From Gordius albopunctatus (taxonomy: Eukaryota): 64,000 nt of DNA. Numbering within the stretch: the first letter of the stretch is position 1; each line of letters begins with the position of its first letter. Below are positions 58,801 to 64,000 of this stretch, piece by piece. The DNA is taken from the NCBI GenBank assembly GCA_964276515.1, contig OZ193909.1, positions 16,182,001 through 16,246,000 on the forward strand, in the 5' to 3' direction. Below the pieces are notes generated by a model that was given only the letters and a program-made list of their open reading frames with translations, ran no database searches and was not told the origin of the DNA. The translations under genes and the position numbers were made by a program.

Positions 58801-61800
58801 AAATAAATCTTTTTTTAATTAAGTTATAATTTTAACGAAGTTTTCGCAATTTTAATTAATCTACCTTTGCAAGACAATGAGGCGCTTTGTTCTGTAGTTC
58901 CATTTTTGTTAGTTAAACGACATTTGTATGTTCCAGAATCGGTTTCGTATACTGAGGAAATATATAAGCCTACTCTACCATCCTCCAAGAAAGTGTCAAA
59001 GCGAAATCCTAAAAAGTCATAATACAATATTTAAAATAAGGAAAAAACTATATGAGTTCTCAAAATAGTTTTATGCCTTAATTAATTGATGATAACTATA
59101 TGTTTTTGTACTTTTATACATAAATAAAATTAGTTTTTGAATTATTTTCTAAGTGAATATTCATTACAGTTTTTATATCATTCGTATTTCATCCCCCATC
59201 TTTTTAATCCAGGACACTCTATGCTGACATTATTTTTTAATATGATTTTTAATCGTTAAAATTTCAACATTTTATTTATTCATCTCTTAGGTATTCTTAA
59301 TAATTTCTAAATTAATTCTTCTTCTTCTTTATCAGTTATTTGGTCTCACATTGGTGGGGTTTGTTTTGATAAGTTTCTTCCATTTTGACCTGTGAATGCC
59401 ATGTCTTGACTAATCTCTTTAGTTTCCATAACTTTATCGACTTGCCCTTTCCACGTGACACGGGGTCGTCCTCTTCCTCTCTTCCCCGGTACCTCCATGT
59501 CCAGTACTTTTCGATTTACGTCATTCGTGACTCTTTTTAGTATATGCCCATACCACCTTGGCCGATTTTCGTTAATCATGTCCGCCATAGGTTGAATACC
59601 CATTTTTGTCATGAGAAAGTCATTCGTCATATGATCGAGTTTAGTATACCCCAAGCTCCATCGTATCATTCTCATCTCTGTGGCTTGTAATAGCTTTCCT
59701 TCCGTGGTGTTTAATGACCATGTTTCACTTCCATAGAGTAACACCGGTCTTACGATGGATTTGTAAGCTATGCTCTTCAGCCATATTGGCATTTTCTTGT
59801 CGCACATTACACCGGATATACTTCGCCATTTGAGCCATCCTTTTTGGATCCGGGCATTGACTTCCGTTGCGCAACCTCCCTCTTGATGTAGCATCGAGCC
59901 GAGGTATGTAAACCTGTCTACTTTTGGGTACTTTAGATGGTCATCCAGTGATGGGGTACCTGTACCGTTCATTTCCATGTATACCGTTTTCCGATCGTTG
60001 ACCTTTAAAACATATCCAGCTAAGCGCTTTGACCATTTTTCGGCTTCTTCGAATACTTTCTCCCTTGTTTCCTCGCATAGTACTATATCATCGGCAAATA
60101 GCATACACAATGGCGATAGATTTTGAATGTCCCTCATTATCGTGTCTATAATTATATTAAATAAAAAGGGACTTAAAGTAGAGCCTTGATGTAATCCAAT
60201 ATTAACCCGAAAAGGTTTAGAGTATCCAACTGTCATCCTAACGCAAGAGTTTGAGGCTTCATAAATATTTTTCATAAGCCGTATATATATGCGTCAGGGA
60301 TGTTTTGTTTCCACAGGCACCACCATATTAAATCACGAGGGACCGTGTCATAAGTTATCTCCAAGTCGATAAAAACCATATGTAGGTTTATCCTCTTTTC
60401 ACCGTGCTTATCCATCATTTATCTTAGTGCGAAGATTGGGTCGATTGTGGATTTGCCGGCCAGTTCGAAACTAAGGCTTGTGCGCTTGATTTCAATTTGT
60501 AGATCTCTAAGTCAACAGGATCGTCAGTACACGTCAGAGGTCAGATTTGTTTGAAAATTTCTGCCCGAACCCGGTAAATAACCGCGACAATATCATTATC
60601 CCAAGCTTCTGGTCTTAAAGAGGGTTTTTAGCTTGTTAAATTATTTTTAATGTTTAAAGCTTTTTATAAAACTTTACGTATTTGAATCGTAGTTTGAGAT
60701 TGTTAGCACGATATTTTCGGTAAAAATTGTTATCAAAAATTTATAAACAAATAGCCCCAAACTGGCGTATTGTTATTAAGAAACTCGCCCATAGTCCATA
60801 CTCTATATAAACATAGCACATTTGCTATGCAATTTATGGGAGGAGAAAATTGGGGCGAGTAAAAGAGAGGATAGGAAGGGATGGAGGAGGGCGAAATTTA
60901 GTAAGCGCAAGCACGAGTATAAGATGAAGCTGGGAGGAAAAAGGGCGTGAGGCGGGCACGCTAGCGCTTCTGTCAAGGGAGAAGGGGGTAAAGGCCGAGG
61001 GTCTATTGGGGGGAAGAAATGTCTGTGAAGGTGGATGATTTATACTGTGTTAAATGATCAAAATCTATTAGGAATAAATGCCACAAAAAATTGAAAAAAA
61101 TCAAAAAGATGGGTTGTCTTTGGTTGGGGAACGGTCATCATATATTTTAAGCTAAAATTTGTTATGTTTTGTTGGAAAAATGTATATTTAAATCAAAGGC
61201 ACTTAAATAGCCAAAATCCGCGGGTCCAATGATGAAAATATTTAGCCTCTAGTTGGGGTCAGACAAATTAAATTTAAACAGCGGTTAGTAGTACGTTGGC
61301 GGCAAGTATGAAGGCAAAATCGTAGTTTGGCTTTAGGCCGAGGTCAAAAAAATTGAATGTGGGGCGAGCTTTAAAAATAAGATTTACGAAAATAAGCAGC
61401 AAAAATATCAATTTAAAAAGGACTATGACCTCGGGCCAGAGTCTATTAAAAGTAATTTGTAGGGAATTATATCGCCAATTTCGCAATTATCCGTAACTAG
61501 TTAGGTTGCCAAAAGAAACTGTCAAAAATAAAAATGGAATTTAGGCTTGGGCGAGGTCGAAAAAATTGTAGCTAACTAGCAGTCATTAGCTAATCTTTAT
61601 CCGAAAGCAAAAAAGTCTATTACAGAAGCATAAGCTTCCATATCAATAAAAATAAAATGGATAGGACAATCAAAAGCGAGCCCATAAATAGCATATTAAT
61701 TATAAACTAATACTATAAATTTATAAATATAATTTATGAAATTTTAAGACTAAAAATATGAAAAAATTACCTAATTTTATGGGTTTATCGTTGTGAAACC

Positions 61801-61939
61801 ATTCGGATATCAAGTTTTCGTCATTATCAGGCGAAATTCGACACTCAAAATACGCATCTTTCTCCTCGGTTAAATCCGTGAGCGATTGAAACGGCGACAA
61901 AAATGTGGGCAGTAAATCATTGTTATCCATATAGTAGTG
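52839..61939 (-). CDS. Kettin/titin (sallimus)-like Ig I-set repeat protein, 3' exons
   Basis: Phase-compatible exons 61939-61771 (PTFLSP..AYFECRISP.ND.NL..EWFHNDKPI), 59008-58865 (GFRF..DSGTYKCRLTN..G), 54780-54508, 53662-53504 (NRFKMAYEFG..DRGFY), 53011-52839. Kettin-type linkers (SLKQIKLLE, SYQKIKRLE). Upstream exons not identified. Confidence 0.82.
55669..56431. mobile_element. catggg MITE split by a 5'-truncated CRE-like insertion (~55745-56341, + strand)
   Basis: MITE halves at 55669-55740 and 56342-56431. The insert reads HPLHC..RH..IN..EPTGL..GKRPDG..IPWARG..WDFT, followed by AATAAA and an A-tail. Confidence 0.85.
56610..56840 (+). pseudogene. TTF-type zinc-finger N-terminus of a THAP12/Tip100-like hAT transposase (remnant)
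   Basis: FNYSWFHKCSWL..NGVYCKISVLL..GKGEQDLKALVFEPFKIWKDA..LNTHQNNLYH. Confidence 0.75.
57012..57761. mobile_element. caggcgcgtagcc hAT MITE containing a nested TIR element (~57107-57543)
   Basis: Outer TIRs caggcgcgtagccaagg / ccttggctacgctcctg; inner inverted ends ccatctggcgaaatgg / ccatttcgccagatgg. Confidence 0.75.
58230..58737 (+). mobile_element. RTE family B, degenerate 3' fragment
   Basis: WRNISGVMCDKKMP..LYGSE..RLRWYGH, with frameshifts. Confidence 0.85.
59317..60462 (-). mobile_element. RTE family B, 5'-truncated, with a largely open RT C-terminal ORF (59346-60275)
   Basis: GLHQGSTLSPFLF, MLFADD, FTYLGS, LYGSETW, GKRGRGRP; (GAA)n tail. Confidence 0.93.
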
Positions 61940-62281
61940 CTAAAAATTGTTTATAAATCTCTTAGTTGTTAACAACTCTGGCATAGTTAACTACTTAAGT
62001 CAAAAGTGATTGATAATCATAATTGTTGCAATTACAGCATACCATATAAATTAATATTAATTGTACTAGTTGTTTTCTTTACCAAAAGGTTAACACGAAT
62101 AATTTGTGATGAGTTATACGTTAAGATTGAATGATTATTATATCCCTAAATTCCAATCGCCAAGGAAAAAGTAGTCGATTTAGATCAAATGAAAATAACA
62201 TTTGGCTTAAAAAATTTTAATTGCTATGTATTTGATAAATGGAAGCAAAGACTTTCTAATCTATATATATAAAGTAAAGTC

Positions 62282-62575
62282 TATGTATGTATGTATGTAT
62301 GTATGTATGTATGTATGTATGTATGTATGTATGTATGTATGTATGTATGTATGTATGTATGTATGTATGTATGTATGTATGTATGTATGTATGTATGTAT
62401 GTATGTATGTATGTATGTATGTATGTATGTATGTATGTATGTATGTATGTATGTATGTATGTATGTATGTATGTATGTATGTATGTATGTATGTATGTAT
62501 GTATGTATGTATGTATGTATGTATGTATGTATGTATGTATGTATGTATGTATGTATGTATGTATGTATGTATGTA
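62282..62575. repeat. (TATG)n microsatellite, ~73 units, directly after a Helitron-like 5' end at 62260
   Basis: Uninterrupted tatg array. Confidence 0.97.
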
Positions 62576-63374
62576 GTAGCTGTGCCCGGCCAAGCGTTGC
62601 TTTGGCTCAGTCCTTAAGTGGTTAAATAAGTATAACCTATTAATAAGACTACTTATCTAAAATGGGGTCATCATATATGAAATAATAATTCAAATAAATA
62701 AAATATCCATAATATTTATTTAGAGCACGAATTTTATCAGGTCATGGATTTTATGAACCCACTATTTTTAGTATATATATAATATTACAAACCAAATGCG
62801 AATTCTGTTTTAGTCATCAAATCCGGCTAAAATTAATTGTTTTTGAAAAAATTGCTGATTAATGCTGTTACTTATTATACAATAATACCATTATTTTATT
62901 TTTCTAGTTAGCTGATTTATTTGAAATACAATTTTCTTTAATATAATATAATAATTAATTGAAGGATGGATAATTATTAAAAATATGCTTCTATGATCGA
63001 CCACGTGATAATAATTTAAATATTATGTATTTAATTTAAATAGTTTGTTAAACCCCAATTATTTTGACCGTATACTGTAACATTTTTATTATACTTTTAA
63101 ATATCTAATTCGAGAAAACTTCAGCCTTGTATGTATGACGTCATTATTGTATATGATGCTATAAATAAAACTGGCCGGGAAATGTCCGATAAATGTGCGA
63201 TATTTTTAAAACTAAAAGTTATTTTAAGAATCTGAAAAGGCTATTTTACCTCTGGCCGCCCTGGGAACCTACGGCTAAATTTTCGCGCGAATCGGGCCGG
63301 TAGTTTCAGAATTTAGCCCTTACATACATACATACATACACATAAATACATAGACTTTACTTTATATATATAGA
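62576..63374 (-). mobile_element. Non-autonomous Helitron-like element
   Basis: Minus-strand 5' end TCTATATATATAAAGTAAAGTC(TATG)n; 3' end gccaaagcaacgcttggccgggcacagCTAC, matching 28796-28825. Confidence 0.78.
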
Positions 63375-63496
63375 TAAATGGAATCCAAAAATTAGGAAAA
63401 CAACAAAGCATTCAAACAGTTTATTTATTTTAAATTATTAAAGTTATCTTACATTACATAAGATATTTATCAATTTAGAAGATAATTTAGTGAGAG

Positions 63497-64000
63497 CGTA
63501 GAAATATAATTTATTACACGATAAAAGAACAATGATCCAAAACTTATAAAAGAGTGAGTTTATATAGCGATAGATAAGGATAACATTCAAATGAAAATTG
63601 ATTCTGTGTGTGTATTCTTTCTATTTTCACCTTGTACGTATTACAACCAAATCTTTCCAAGGTAAGTGTAATTTGTTTCCCTACAGATACTCCCCCTCTT
63701 AAAAAAAAATATATATATATACACATTATAATTTATAAGAAAAATTTTGTGGAATAGTAATAGTTCTTCCATATCTAGAAAATCGTTGTTGAACAGGTAA
63801 AGTGTTACTATAATCTTCTTTTCTTTCGATCCATGCTGGTTTAAGCCTATCAAGTGATATGGTTTCCTCTTTATTACCCTTTTCCACTATGAAAAATTTC
63901 TTTCTCCTTTTTAGTACTTTAAAGGGTCCATCATATGGGGGTTGTAAAGATTTTCTGACCGTGTCATTGCGCACAAAAACATAATCTGATGTTTTTAGAT
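63497..64000 (-). mobile_element. 3' end of a gypsy LTR retrotransposon (integrase C-terminus, PPT, 3' LTR)
   Basis: VFVRNDTVRKSLQPPYDGPFKVL..ISLDRLKPA (GPY/F module); purine-rich PPT followed by the LTR start TGTAG at 63685. The LTR end is approximate. Confidence 0.85.

Noticed and set aside
21738..60421. Non-standard genetic code (TAA/TAG as sense) suggested by the shared RTE stops
   Set aside because: Fascin and CXXC1 end normally at TAA, and no conserved host exon contains an in-frame TAA or TAG.
62226..62625. MYVC/HTYI repeat ORFs
   Set aside because: They are translations of the (TATG)n microsatellite.

Overview
AT-rich eukaryotic genomic DNA from an invertebrate animal, with spliceosomal introns and dense, heavily nested transposon debris. 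Host genes: the 5' part of a receptor-type tyrosine phosphatase (minus strand, runs off the left edge), an intronless Pro-rich orphan ORF, fascin/singed (5 exons), sedoheptulokinase SHPK (6 exons), CXXC1/CFP1 (15 exons), and the 3' end of a kettin/titin-like Ig-repeat gene (minus strand). Repeats: several hAT-type MITE families with 8-bp TSDs, hAT transposase remnants, two RTE LINE families, CRE-like restriction-like-endonuclease retroposon fragments, a young non-autonomous LTR element, a gypsy 3' end, Helitron-like elements and a tRNA-derived SINE head. I cannot support a clearly new protein-based system. The best leads are: a multi-layer nest of insertions at 30.7-40.8 kb whose excision restores an RTE ORF and UTR; a degenerate hammerhead ribozyme; a possible split HDV-like ribozyme; premature stops shared between RTE copies; unusual splicing (34-50 bp introns, a GC-AG intron, frequent AAG acceptors); and a receptor PTP with almost no ectodomain. 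Exon boundaries and family assignments come from manual reading and motif recall, not database searches.
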